Shown here piece after piece: positions 28,153-37,691 of a stretch of 64,000 nucleotides of DNA. Position 1 is the first letter of the stretch. Each line of letters opens with the position of its first letter. The stretch is taken from IMG/VR virus record IMGVR_UViG_3300042517_001086; one strand, 5' to 3'. The notes below the pieces were generated by a model that had not been told where the DNA came from, searched no databases, and saw nothing but the letters and a program-made list of their open reading frames with translations. Origin of the DNA: an uncultured virus (IMG/VR IMGVR_UViG_3300042517_001086). Its lineage: Duplodnaviria; Heunggongvirae; Uroviricota; Caudoviricetes. Made by a program: the position numbers and the translations under genes.

Positions 28153-28983
28153 CTATACTTCCTTGTAGTTTTTAATCACACCGTTACAGAAATCATTTAA
28201 ATGCGTATTTATATCAAGAACTTTAGAGCCTCCGCCATAATGAACCCAATAAAAATCTTCCGGTGCGGAGTTTGGGTCATGTGGATTTTTCAAATAAAAT
28301 AGGAGAGAAGAGTCAATACCTTTAACTATCAGATTACTATTTTTGGATGGAAGATATTCGGTCTTTATTAGTTTTGATAATGCAAAAGCCAATAATTCAT
28401 CATATGAATTCCTATCCATTTGCTTTTCGTAGTTAATTAGCGATTGAGATTTTAGAGCATATACTACTCCCAAACACCATTTTTTTTGTTTTTCAACAGA
28501 CCATTCTATAAGTTCTTCAATAGTAAAACCCCAAACTTTGTAAAAGTCATTTGGATCCCATTGTTTTGTGCTTTTTATAATTTTTTCTTTAGCATCGAAG
28601 GAGCCACCGTCTCCGACCAACATTTCCGATTCTCCCAACATATCTTTTACAGCTGAGTTAAAATCAACTTTGCCAAACAAATACATGTCGGAATCAACCC
28701 AGCAAATAATTTCTTCTGGATGTTCTTTTGCAACTTCAATGCACTTCGTAAATTTTTGCAAGTTTGAACTTGTTCTCCAAACTTTTACTCCTATATTATT
28801 CAAAAAATCCAAGTATTTAGATTCTTGTATATCTGATATTACATAGATATCTTGTGGAAGCAGCCCGCCATTTTTAATCAGTGAAACAGCGTGGGCCGCC
28901 GCAAACATCGGATAACGATATTGTCTTTCAAAGGGCGGTTCTTGGATCCACCCGGTCCATCTTGCAATCATCACTATTTTCAT
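28153..28983 (-). CDS. GT-A fold glycosyltransferase-like protein
   Basis: WVDSD (DxD), YDE and VHYGG. Confidence 0.6.
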   Translation of the reverse strand: MKIVMIARWTGWIQEPPFERQYRYPMFAAAHAVSLIKNGGLLPQDIYVISDIQESKYLDFLNNIGVKVWRTSSNLQKFTKCIEVAKEHPEEIICWVDSDMYLFGKVDFNSAVKDMLGESEMLVGDGGSFDAKEKIIKSTKQWDPNDFYKVWGFTIEELIEWSVEKQKKWCLGVVYALKSQSLINYEKQMDRNSYDELLAFALSKLIKTEYLPSKNSNLIVKGIDSSLLFYLKNPHDPNSAPEDFYWVHYGGGSKVLDINTHLNDFCNGVIKNYKEV

Positions 28984-28992
28984 ATTTATTCC

Positions 28993-29106
28993 TTAATTAA
29001 ACCTATCAATTAGCCATTTTTCAGACCTACTATTACTTGAGGGACCAATTAAATTACACCTAACTAAACTCTTTTTTCCAGCACATATCTGTGTATTAGT
29101 TCTCAT
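28993..29106 (-). pseudogene. 37-aa mini-ORF, possible remnant
   Basis: MRTNTQICAGKKSLVRCNLIGPSSNSRSEKWLIDRFN*; overlaps the upstream stop and ends at the next RBS. Confidence 0.4.
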
Positions 29107-29740
29107 AAGAACGATAAGGGCTTTGAGTATATTTTTTGTTTTGTCTCCAGTCAACATGTATTAAATCTATATGTTCAAACAAATTAACGATAACAACGCC
29201 AGATTTTTCGGCATTTTTTCTAAAATGATTTTCGCAATGAAGAACTCCCAAGTTCCAATCTTTGTTAAAATCATAACTTATTTTTTTGTACACCCAAGCA
29301 TCTTGTGAACAAATAGTAGATATGTGTTTTTTATTGTCTGGGTTGTGATCTGCTGCTGATGGCACTATATTACCATCTTTGGTCAAATCTTTTCTTGTCA
29401 ATAAGTACAGTGTTTCTTCCCATTCGTTTATTTTATCCAAAAAACACAATGATTCATCAAAATAAACATCAGAATTAGATAGTATTTTTATATCTTCTGG
29501 ATATTCTTTATCAGCATAGTCCATCCACATTTTATAAGAAAGTCTTGTTTGTATTGGAACAACAATCAACTTTTTATTGAAAATTGTGTCAAATTCGCAA
29601 TTATCAGTAAATAGAACTAGTTTGTCTATTCTTTCATTAGAAAGGTTTTGATATAAACAGTAAAGATTGTAAGTTAGAATTTCGGGTGTGGCTTTGAACC
29701 ACTGGGTGAATAGTATTTTATTCATTAAGTCCTCGTGCAT
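29096..29740 (-). CDS. GT-A-like hypothetical protein (likely start 29725)
   Basis: LSNSDVYFD, LTR, SQDAW and LG..CEN motifs. Confidence 0.6.
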   Translation of the reverse strand: MHEDLMNKILFTQWFKATPEILTYNLYCLYQNLSNERIDKLVLFTDNCEFDTIFNKKLIVVPIQTRLSYKMWMDYADKEYPEDIKILSNSDVYFDESLCFLDKINEWEETLYLLTRKDLTKDGNIVPSAADHNPDNKKHISTICSQDAWVYKKISYDFNKDWNLGVLHCENHFRKNAEKSGVVIVNLFEHIDLIHVDWRQNKKYTQSPYRSYEN

Positions 29741-29851
29741 ACAACTATGTCAGCAGGTTCGGGGATGGTTTCTTTTCCGGGCATTCCTGGGTCGTACTCG
29801 CATATAGGGAACGGCTTTTCTAACCATTTCTATATTCTGTGTGTTGCTCAT
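29725..29851 (-). pseudogene. Methyltransferase fragment
   Basis: Start MSNTQNIE, then a shifted frame reading KWLEKPFPICEYDPGMPGKETIPEPADIVVCT. This matches YDP..P....P.PADLVVCTDVLEH of class I MTases and stops before DVLEH. Confidence 0.65.
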
Positions 29852-29931
29852 GCTTACTCTCTATAAAATTCAGATGTAGATAAACCACGTTTCACATCTA
29901 CTCCTTTGACTTTGGTCTAATTTAAATTTTT

Positions 29932-30564
29932 TCACAATAATCTGCGCATCAATTCTAAATCCTCTAGTGTATCTAGTTGAAAACTTCTATATATAGGCAT
30001 ATTTACTATGCCCATTTTCCCGCTATATCTCAAACCGGATTTTATTAAGCATTCTCTTTTAGTTATATAAATAGCACCATTTTCTACCCATTTTGCCTCC
30101 ACATCTTGTCTCATTGGACGAGAAGTTGTGTCCCAATTGTCTGGACTTGTATTTAAATCCCACCTAGGATTCCAGTGTTCCTCATATGCACTAAAAATTG
30201 AATCATATTCGTTTATCATATCTAAACCACGATTAATATCATCTGGCAAAATTAATGGAGATGTTGGCTGAATAAAAACCAAGATGTCAAAATCTTGAAG
30301 ACTAGCAAAGTGCAACAATGCTTCTTCGCTTTTGGATTTGTCTCCTGAAATATTTTCTGGTCGTTTAACTACATTAGATCCTAATTGCATGGCAACGCTA
30401 GCAATTTTATCGCAATTAGTGCTAACCCATACATCATTGGCTTTGGATGCTTTGGCTGCGTCTATTGTATACTGGATTAAAGGCTTGCCATTAATATCAA
30501 TGATATTTTTACCTGGTATGCCTTTGCTTCCTCCTCTAGCTAATATAAGTGTTTTTATATTCAT
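29932..30564 (-). CDS. neuA: Acylneuraminate (CMP-nonulosonate) cytidylyltransferase
   Basis: ILARGGSKGIPGKNI, GKPLI, IQPTSP, RQD, ENGAIY and DTLEDL. Confidence 0.92.
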   Translation of the reverse strand: MNIKTLILARGGSKGIPGKNIIDINGKPLIQYTIDAAKASKANDVWVSTNCDKIASVAMQLGSNVVKRPENISGDKSKSEEALLHFASLQDFDILVFIQPTSPLILPDDINRGLDMINEYDSIFSAYEEHWNPRWDLNTSPDNWDTTSRPMRQDVEAKWVENGAIYITKRECLIKSGLRYSGKMGIVNMPIYRSFQLDTLEDLELMRRLL

Positions 30565-30570
30565 AATGTT

Positions 30571-30615
30571 TTATTTTATTTCTTTTACTCCCCAAATGTG
30601 TAGTACTTTTTTCAT
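30571..30615 (-). pseudogene. 14-aa mini-ORF, probable remnant
   Basis: MKKVLHIWGVKEIK*, a typical enzyme N-terminal beta strand followed almost at once by a stop. Confidence 0.4.
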
Positions 30616-30621
30616 TTATTT

Positions 30622-31656
30622 TTAAGCCACTTTATATTTTTTAAATATACTTGTATAACCAGATAAAGACTGCTTGCTTAAAATCTGGCATGTTTTTATT
30701 ATGTTTTCACGCACGCTTTCGTTATTTTCTAAATAGTATTTAGTTAAATTATAAATTTCGTTAATTTGTTCATCTAATAATGGAAATGTAAAAACGACAG
30801 GGTTTTTATACTCTAGTATTTTTTGGATGTGCATAGTTTTATCACTATTACTTTCAAAAAATATACAAGGAGTTCCATTGAGAGATGCCATTATTGATGG
30901 ATGAAATCGTCCAGAAATATAAACCTGAGCCATTTGTAGTTCTTTCATTCCCTGGTCTATATCACATTCTTTCGGTATTAATTCAAAGCCATGATCTTTA
31001 GCCAATTGTTCCATCCAATAATCTCCACCGCAGTTTTGCACTAATTTTACTTTTGCTAGTCCAGAAATCTTATCTATTAATTTTAAATATGATAATTTTT
31101 TATTTTCTATTTGATCATGATTAGGAGGAGATGATCCCCCGCCCAGCAAAATATAATCTCCTGTTTTTATTCTGTGAGATTGCCAAGTAAACAACGCATC
31201 CGGGATATATGAATAGTCTAATTTGCTATCAATTAAATAACCCGAAATCGGATCTCTAATCACCAATTCACAACACTTAGACCAAGCTTTAAGTGCCCTA
31301 TTATACGTTTCGTTATCAAAAGGAGTCTTTGGGCATTTTGAAATCATTGCATTGACATATAAACATTTTTTGTTTATTTTGCCACAATATTCAATAACCA
31401 TTAGATGTTTATCAAAATCATTCCTAATAGGAGATCTAAATATTGGACTTCCTTCTCCATTAATTATTACTATGTCACATTCTTTTATATTTTTTTCTAT
31501 TTTTGTAAAATCAGTTTTTATCAGTTCATTATTGCCAATCTTTAAAATTTTATCGGGTTTTAAAGCAGATTGTATTATTTGTAACAATGCTTTTGGAGTG
31601 GATCGACACCCCCAATTAAGCTGGTCTACATTATACCCTATATATAAAATTTTCAT
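30622..31656 (-). CDS. Polysaccharide pyruvyl transferase family protein
   Basis: NWGC, INGEGS, IRDPIS, PDALF, ISGRFHPSIMA..GTP and K. Confidence 0.8.
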   Translation of the reverse strand: MKILYIGYNVDQLNWGCRSTPKALLQIIQSALKPDKILKIGNNELIKTDFTKIEKNIKECDIVIINGEGSPIFRSPIRNDFDKHLMVIEYCGKINKKCLYVNAMISKCPKTPFDNETYNRALKAWSKCCELVIRDPISGYLIDSKLDYSYIPDALFTWQSHRIKTGDYILLGGGSSPPNHDQIENKKLSYLKLIDKISGLAKVKLVQNCGGDYWMEQLAKDHGFELIPKECDIDQGMKELQMAQVYISGRFHPSIMASLNGTPCIFFESNSDKTMHIQKILEYKNPVVFTFPLLDEQINEIYNLTKYYLENNESVRENIIKTCQILSKQSLSGYTSIFKKYKVA

Positions 31657-32477
31657 TTTCTTAAACTACCCCTCTTTATTTTTTCATTTTCAAATAATAT
31701 TCTTGGACCAATAGGATATTTTGTAGAATTTTCTATATCCCTAATGCCTTTTACTAACTTAAATACACCAGCAGGCTCCAAACTACTTAAATGGTCACTA
31801 CCCCACATATTATGATTCAATGTAATGTGCCTCTCGATCCATTCTGCTCCTATTGCTACGGCAGCAAAAGTAGAAACTAATCCATATTCATGGCCACTAT
31901 AACCTATTTCTTTATTTTTCCATTTATTTTTAAGCCATTTGATATAGTTTAAGTTTATTTCTTCTACCGGACAAGGATATGTACTATTAGTATGCATTAT
32001 AATGTCTGGATTGCATTCGTTTATACATCTACTTATTTCTTCTTCAGTGCTCATGCCCGTAGAGATTATAAGTGTTTTGAATTTATTTCTAACATATTTA
32101 CACAAATCTAAGTCTGTGATAGAAGCAGATGCTATCTTAGTAATGTCTGAGTATTTGCTCATGATTTCAGCGCTGGGTTTGTCCCATACACTAGCAAAAA
32201 AAATAATATTTTTATTGTCAGCGTATTCTTTAATTTCTTTAATTTGTGCTTCTTCAAACTCTATCTTTTTTTTGTAGTCTAGATAAGACATGTCTCCCCA
32301 AGTAGTAGATCTAATTTTATTTTTTTGATTTTCTGGAACACAAAGCTCTGGAGTTCGTTTTTGAATTTTTACAAAATCACACCCAGCAATAGACGCTATG
32401 TCTATTAATTGTTTGCATATATTAGCATCGCCATTATGATTAATGCCTATCTCGGCTATGATTTTAGTTTTAAACAA
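31653..32477 (-). CDS. neuB: N-acetylneuraminate synthase family protein lacking the C-terminal SAF/AFP domain
   Basis: IAEIGINHNGD, VKIQKR, KIASA, ISTGMS, STYP, GYSGHE, IERHITL and GSDH; only 274 aa. Confidence 0.93.
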   Translation of the reverse strand: MFKTKIIAEIGINHNGDANICKQLIDIASIAGCDFVKIQKRTPELCVPENQKNKIRSTTWGDMSYLDYKKKIEFEEAQIKEIKEYADNKNIIFFASVWDKPSAEIMSKYSDITKIASASITDLDLCKYVRNKFKTLIISTGMSTEEEISRCINECNPDIIMHTNSTYPCPVEEINLNYIKWLKNKWKNKEIGYSGHEYGLVSTFAAVAIGAEWIERHITLNHNMWGSDHLSSLEPAGVFKLVKGIRDIENSTKYPIGPRILFENEKIKRGSLRK

Positions 32478-32757
32478 GGGTATTGTCCCGTTCTGTCTCT
32501 ATGGGTTCTAAAAATATTACTCCGCGCCTTGCTCCTGCGGCTTCTTCATTGTATCTGTAGACGTATTTGTCTTTGCCATATACTATATCAAAAAATTGGA
32601 TGACTGGTGGGCCGAATCTACACATATACTCTGTTGTTATTCCTTCAAAACTTCCAGTTTCTAATAGTAAATCAGGCTTATGCTTTTCAATTAGTTTACT
32701 ATATTCTGCTTGTAAGAAGTAATCTCCATTAAAAGGATTTAACCCTAATGTATTCAT
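32470..32757 (-). pseudogene. Internally deleted methyltransferase
   Basis: N-terminal PFNGD...LETGSFEGITT (motif I) is joined directly to C-terminal DIVYG..Y.YN..A.GA.RGVI; the core is missing. Confidence 0.6.
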
Positions 32758-32777
32758 GTGTTTAATTCCTTATTATT

Positions 32778-33497
32778 TTACTGTACTGTGTTTTTGAAAA
32801 ATTTTAAACCTGTTATTAAACTATTTGGTGTGCCGTTATATACCGATACGCCTCTTTTTTCACACAATTCGCCATACTCACGGTATGAATTATTCATTTG
32901 ATTCAGTATATTTTTTTGTCTTTCAAGATCTGAATCGTTACAAACGCCTCCACGGCCCGTAAACCAAAACCACTCATTATACCCCATCCTAGACAAAACA
33001 CTCTGAGATTCATCATAAAAATGTTTTGTTTCACCAATATGGTTTACCCAACTATGATCTATTCCCATAACAAGTACTTGGTCAATGCTCTCTTGCTTAG
33101 CAACATAATAACCCATTTGCAAACCAATCTGAGCTATAGTTTCATAATGTCCCATGCGGTTTGGTATAGTTTCTGGGAATTGTCCATCATTATCCCAATA
33201 AATAACTTCATTATTTACAAATAAATTGTTATTTGTAACAATATGCTTATCCTTGATATGAATTAATACTTTTGTTTTTTTGTTTACACAAGTTTCACAC
33301 TCTTTAAACCACGCAACTCCCATTTCATAAGTAATAGGATGGTGCAAATGTCCAAAAATATGATACTTTACATTCATATTCTGAAATTCTGGGTGAACAA
33401 AAAAATTACTAATTGTAACACAAGGATTATCTTTTATTTTTTTTAAATCTTGGTCCTTAATAGATGGGCCGCAAGCAAATACATAGCAAGTTTTCAT
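32778..33497 (-). CDS. DUF115/Maf-like putative nonulosonate transferase
   Basis: CYVFACGPSI, GLQMGYY, VLVMGIDHSW, HFY and VYNGTPNS. Confidence 0.7.
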   Translation of the reverse strand: MKTCYVFACGPSIKDQDLKKIKDNPCVTISNFFVHPEFQNMNVKYHIFGHLHHPITYEMGVAWFKECETCVNKKTKVLIHIKDKHIVTNNNLFVNNEVIYWDNDGQFPETIPNRMGHYETIAQIGLQMGYYVAKQESIDQVLVMGIDHSWVNHIGETKHFYDESQSVLSRMGYNEWFWFTGRGGVCNDSDLERQKNILNQMNNSYREYGELCEKRGVSVYNGTPNSLITGLKFFKNTVQ

Positions 33498-33644
33498 ATA
33501 TAATATTTTTTATAAGTTTTTATTGTTTCGTTAAAGTAATCATCATATATTGTTTTTAATGGTAATATTTCATTATACATACTCAATGATGTATACTCTT
33601 GATGCATTACAACATTTCGCAATTATCAACAAATAGTACTTCAT
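33494..33644 (-). pseudogene. Frameshifted collapsed gene remnant
   Basis: ATGA-coupled start (MKYYLLIIA) and an ATGA-coupled end in another frame (VVMHQEY...KKYYI*). Confidence 0.5.
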
Positions 33645-34492
33645 TTATGCCTCATGTGAAACTTAATTGTTTTGGACAGCCCATAATCCATATCAGTGTA
33701 ATCAAATTTAAAGTTAGTATTTTTTGGAGAGTTAGCCGAAACAATTTGTTTTGAATTGTTGTATTTTATATCTATGCTCCTATTCATCTTATCCATAATA
33801 AGTTCATGTAGATTTTTTATTGTTATTGTATTCTTTGTATTAAAAACTATCTTATTACAATACACATTATTGTTTAAAAGGTGTTCTACTATTTTCAATA
33901 TGTCATCTATGTATAATAAGTTAACTTGAGTTTTTTCATTACAATCAACAAATACTTTATCGTAGTTAGAAATCTTAAATATGGAAGCAGGAACAATCCT
34001 ACTTTGTTCGCTAAATAAATCGTGCTCTCCATAGGCATTAGTCAAAAAAAGACACAATATCTTTATTTGTTCGGAGTAAGCTTTGATATAATAGTCTAAA
34101 ACTTTCTTTGATAACAAATACCCAGAGTTGTTTTTTATCTCTGATAGATGAACATCACTTTCACTATATTGTTCGGCATCTCCGAAAACTCTGTATGTTG
34201 AAAATACTACTAATTTTGTTTTGAATTTTGAGCACACAGAAAAAACATTGTGTAGAATTTTGTTGTTTCTTTCAAATATTTCTAAGTCATCAATATTACC
34301 TATGGAACTGCCGACCACTCCAGCACAGTTGATAACGACTGTTGGCCTTATGCTATTAAGGTAAACAAACAATTCTTCATAATTTTCTAAGTTCAGATTG
34401 TCATTATAAAATACTTGGGAGTTGAATTTGCTTATGAAATTCTTGCCAAAAAAGCCCCTTGATCCCAATATTAAAACTTTTTCTGCGTTCAT
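33641..34492 (-). CDS. NAD-dependent epimerase/dehydratase (GDP-fucose synthase-like)
   Basis: ILGSRGFFG, INCAGVVG, YLLSK and NAYG.HD. Confidence 0.85.
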   Translation of the reverse strand: MNAEKVLILGSRGFFGKNFISKFNSQVFYNDNLNLENYEELFVYLNSIRPTVVINCAGVVGSSIGNIDDLEIFERNNKILHNVFSVCSKFKTKLVVFSTYRVFGDAEQYSESDVHLSEIKNNSGYLLSKKVLDYYIKAYSEQIKILCLFLTNAYGEHDLFSEQSRIVPASIFKISNYDKVFVDCNEKTQVNLLYIDDILKIVEHLLNNNVYCNKIVFNTKNTITIKNLHELIMDKMNRSIDIKYNNSKQIVSANSPKNTNFKFDYTDMDYGLSKTIKFHMRHK

Positions 34493-35208
34493 GTCTTTAT
34501 AGCAAAAGCTACTCCGTAACCAATCTCAGTAAAACAATAATCAGTTAAGTTATTATGTTTGCTTATTACAGATTTCCATACATCTAATAAATAGCGGTGT
34601 TGAGGATGAGATATGTCATCAAAAACAAGAACTCCACCCACAGAAAGATAAGGTATAACATCTTCTAAATCTTTGGTTGCCCCCTCCGCAGAGTGATCTC
34701 CGTCTACGGTAATTAAATCAAATTTCAAATCTGAATTTGTATTAAAAAAAGACGGTAATGTTTCATGACTGTTGCCGTTGATAAAATGAACTTTGCCACA
34801 ATGTTCATGACGAGATAATTCTTGTTGTACAAAATTTGATCCGGGATTATCCATATTGGCATAATTAGACACCCACATATCAAAAGCACAAATATCAACC
34901 GAAGGACATCCTCTTACAACAGTGCACGCAGACCGACCACGACGAACCCCTATTTCTAAATAATTTTTTGGCTTTAAAACTTTAGAAGCAGAGTATAATA
35001 CATTGATAATATCCAAATAGAACCAATTTTTTCCATAAAGATTAATACATTTGTTATACCATCTGTCAAGATATTTAACATAATCGTCTGTTGCTAATTG
35101 ACGATGAAAAGATAGAATCTCTTGCCATGTTTCATGGCTAGATGCTATATTAACCAAAGTAGCAGGATTCAAAAAAGCTTCACCGTAAAATTTTTTAGTC
35201 ATATTCAT
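34489..35208 (-). CDS. Class I SAM methyltransferase (Methyltransf_24-like)
   Basis: YLEIGVRRGRS, FDLITVDGDHS and GGVLVFDD. Confidence 0.9.
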   Translation of the reverse strand: MNMTKKFYGEAFLNPATLVNIASSHETWQEILSFHRQLATDDYVKYLDRWYNKCINLYGKNWFYLDIINVLYSASKVLKPKNYLEIGVRRGRSACTVVRGCPSVDICAFDMWVSNYANMDNPGSNFVQQELSRHEHCGKVHFINGNSHETLPSFFNTNSDLKFDLITVDGDHSAEGATKDLEDVIPYLSVGGVLVFDDISHPQHRYLLDVWKSVISKHNNLTDYCFTEIGYGVAFAIKT

Positions 35209-35244
35209 TTCCTTTAAGAAATCTTCTATCGTTCCAAGAACTCA

Positions 35245-35955
35245 TCAACATTTCTCCTTTGTCAAAAATTCTTCAATTGTAATCAAATTCAAGTAATAAT
35301 TTCTTTTTGCGGCAAATTTATTGAACTCATAAAAAGGATTATCAAATTCGCAACACTTTTGACTTCCTTTTTTTATTATGCCCACCCCCATATCTTCGGT
35401 GTTCACAGAGTACATCTCTAAATCTGGTCTTGTTACTCTCATCTTGTAGAAAGTTTTCCAAACAGTTCCATTCCAATATCCCAAATTAAAACCATAAGTG
35501 ACTTTGTCAAATTGATTTGTTGAGACTTTGTACTGATAATCTTCTCGGGCAGTATGAATAGTTGCTGGATTTATGTCGTGAACTACAATTATCCCAGACG
35601 GACTCAGGTGGTTTAAGGAATTTAGTATGTCTTTTTCAACTTGCTCAGCAAGATGCAAGCCGTCAATAAATATTATGTCCCACTTATAATCTTTGTTTAA
35701 GTCCAAAGAACCCATATCAAGTAATTCAAAGAATTTATCTGATGTAAATTTGTATGTTATTTTGTGATATTCTTCTGCAATTTTAGGATCATAATATTTT
35801 TCGTGTCCAGGGTCCACGGAATGTTTTGTGGGACATTCTATTTTATTAAAACATTCATCCGGTATTCTGACCCCTATTTCTAGATAGTTTTTGAATTTTT
35901 TGGTTTTTATCAAGTAATTTATTATATCATTTCTCCACATCACAATTGCCTCCAA
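35245..35955 (-). CDS. Class I SAM methyltransferase
   Basis: YLEIGV, SVDP, DIIFIDGLH, GIIVVHD and WNGTVWK. Confidence 0.9.
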   Translation of the reverse strand: MEAIVMWRNDIINYLIKTKKFKNYLEIGVRIPDECFNKIECPTKHSVDPGHEKYYDPKIAEEYHKITYKFTSDKFFELLDMGSLDLNKDYKWDIIFIDGLHLAEQVEKDILNSLNHLSPSGIIVVHDINPATIHTAREDYQYKVSTNQFDKVTYGFNLGYWNGTVWKTFYKMRVTRPDLEMYSVNTEDMGVGIIKKGSQKCCEFDNPFYEFNKFAAKRNYYLNLITIEEFLTKEKC

Positions 35956-36850
35956 AGATATTGTAGAACATAGTTCCTGGTTTTATTTTTAACTTCATAT
36001 CAGTATTAATGTATAATTTTGCATTGTTCTTATCCATCATCTCTCTGTGTAGGTTTATATGGTCATTATCGTCTGTTGGTTCTGAAAAATTTCTGGCATC
36101 AACACCTACATTGCATTTGCTGTCTTGACAAATTCCACACTTGTGCAAGCCCAAGTAGCTGCAACCCTTCATGCTCTTTAATCTGTATAGTCCCATGCCA
36201 TTGAAACAAGACTGAACTGGTACTAGTTTGTCATTTGATCTAGACGCTTCAAATATAATTTTACTGAATGTCTTTGTGTGTTGTCTGTAGTCCTGCTTCG
36301 GATAATAGCAAGTAGAAAAAACATTATTGGCAAAATACGAGTCTTTGTGTCTTAATGCCCAGTAATCAAAGTAGTAAAAATCTTCATTGATACAACCCAT
36401 CATGTCCCATTCATCAAGATCGTATTGAAAGCATGTTAAAATTCCATCAATGCTTATCTCCCAAAAAACTTCATCTAAATCACAGTGCAAAGCATACTCA
36501 TAAGTATTTTCTAGGCTGTTTTCAAATATGTATTTTAGAATAGAGTTTCTACAATAAGCTAATCTTTGTGTTCTAGAAGGCATTGTGTTTGCTAGACCAT
36601 CTTCCAAGATGATGTGTTTTTTTATTTTGCTGCTACTTTTTTTCCAATCTTTTAGTAGATTTCTTGTTTTGTCTGATGAATCATTTTCAAAAATAATGCA
36701 CAGTACATTATCAAAAACATCAGATATCTTGTCAATATTTGAAAAAGACTTTGCGAAATGTTCTTCTATGTTCCTTATTGAACCATAGATGATCAAGTTT
36801 GTTTTTTTAACCTTGTTTTTAGCTTCGTCTGGAGATGATATTTTTTTCAT
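35927..36850 (-). CDS. CAP59/GT69-like glycosyltransferase
   Basis: FENDSSDKT, RLAYCRN, DLD, YFDYWALR and VQSCFNGMGLY. Confidence 0.7.
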   Translation of the reverse strand: MKKISSPDEAKNKVKKTNLIIYGSIRNIEEHFAKSFSNIDKISDVFDNVLCIIFENDSSDKTRNLLKDWKKSSSKIKKHIILEDGLANTMPSRTQRLAYCRNSILKYIFENSLENTYEYALHCDLDEVFWEISIDGILTCFQYDLDEWDMMGCINEDFYYFDYWALRHKDSYFANNVFSTCYYPKQDYRQHTKTFSKIIFEASRSNDKLVPVQSCFNGMGLYRLKSMKGCSYLGLHKCGICQDSKCNVGVDARNFSEPTDDNDHINLHREMMDKNNAKLYINTDMKLKIKPGTMFYNIFGGNCDVEK

Positions 36851-36881
36851 ATTTGTAGATTAGAAACCCATGTTTTTCTGC

Positions 36882-37691
36882 TTATGTTGAGAAATATTGG
36901 ATTACTTTATTGTTAAAACTTTCTTTTCTATTGTACTGATGAATAATTGAATACACCTTATTCAGATTGTCTGTGATTTTGATTCCGTCAATATTAATTC
37001 CATGACTATTGATTAGCTTATCAGAAAAACCAAAACCAGCAGCTAACATCAGGCTAAAATTACTAGGAGCAAATTGATAGTTATAAGGATAAGGATATTG
37101 TTTAGAATAGATTATTTTCATTAATATTCCTTGGTCTGATCCGGTAAAACAACGATGTGTCTTATCGTGTTCAGAAACAATTAGACTACAAATAATATCT
37201 AAAGAAGTTTTGTCTCCTGCAATTATACCACTATTAATTATTGGCTCTTCTATAAAACGATCTGCTATCTCATAACCATAAACATTTTTAATAATGTCAT
37301 AATTCCACTGTATATCTTTAATTAAAGCATTTTCAGACGACAAAACCAACCCAGATTGATACGTTTCTAAGTCTAAGAAAGGATCTTTTTGCAAATAAAC
37401 ATCTGTGCAATCACTCAGTATTATATGGTGATACGTAGTTTGACTAAGGTATTCTTTATATGCTTGAAATCTATCTATATAAAGGCTATCGATTTGTTTC
37501 TTGATTTTGACAATTGAAACATCGTAATCTTTTGCAAATTCTTTTATCTCTTCTCCCGAACCATCGTCAGAAGCATCTAGCAGAACAGTATCAAAGCTTT
37601 TATTTTTTAAGGAATAAGAGCTCTTTATAAACACCTTTATTCCTTCAAGAGATTTTACGTTATAAAAATAACCAATTAATAAGTTTTTCAT
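36882..37691 (-). CDS. GT-A glycosyltransferase-like protein
   Basis: DRF..Y, SDCTDVYLQKDPF, INSG, SDQG and IIHQYNR. Confidence 0.7.
   Translation of the reverse strand: MKNLLIGYFYNVKSLEGIKVFIKSSYSLKNKSFDTVLLDASDDGSGEEIKEFAKDYDVSIVKIKKQIDSLYIDRFQAYKEYLSQTTYHHIILSDCTDVYLQKDPFLDLETYQSGLVLSSENALIKDIQWNYDIIKNVYGYEIADRFIEEPIINSGIIAGDKTSLDIICSLIVSEHDKTHRCFTGSDQGILMKIIYSKQYPYPYNYQFAPSNFSLMLAAGFGFSDKLINSHGINIDGIKITDNLNKVYSIIHQYNRKESFNNKVIQYFST

Noticed and set aside
29054..29060. GGTGTAA near-match to the promoter motif
   Set aside because: It mismatches at position 7 and lies inside a mini-ORF; could be chance.
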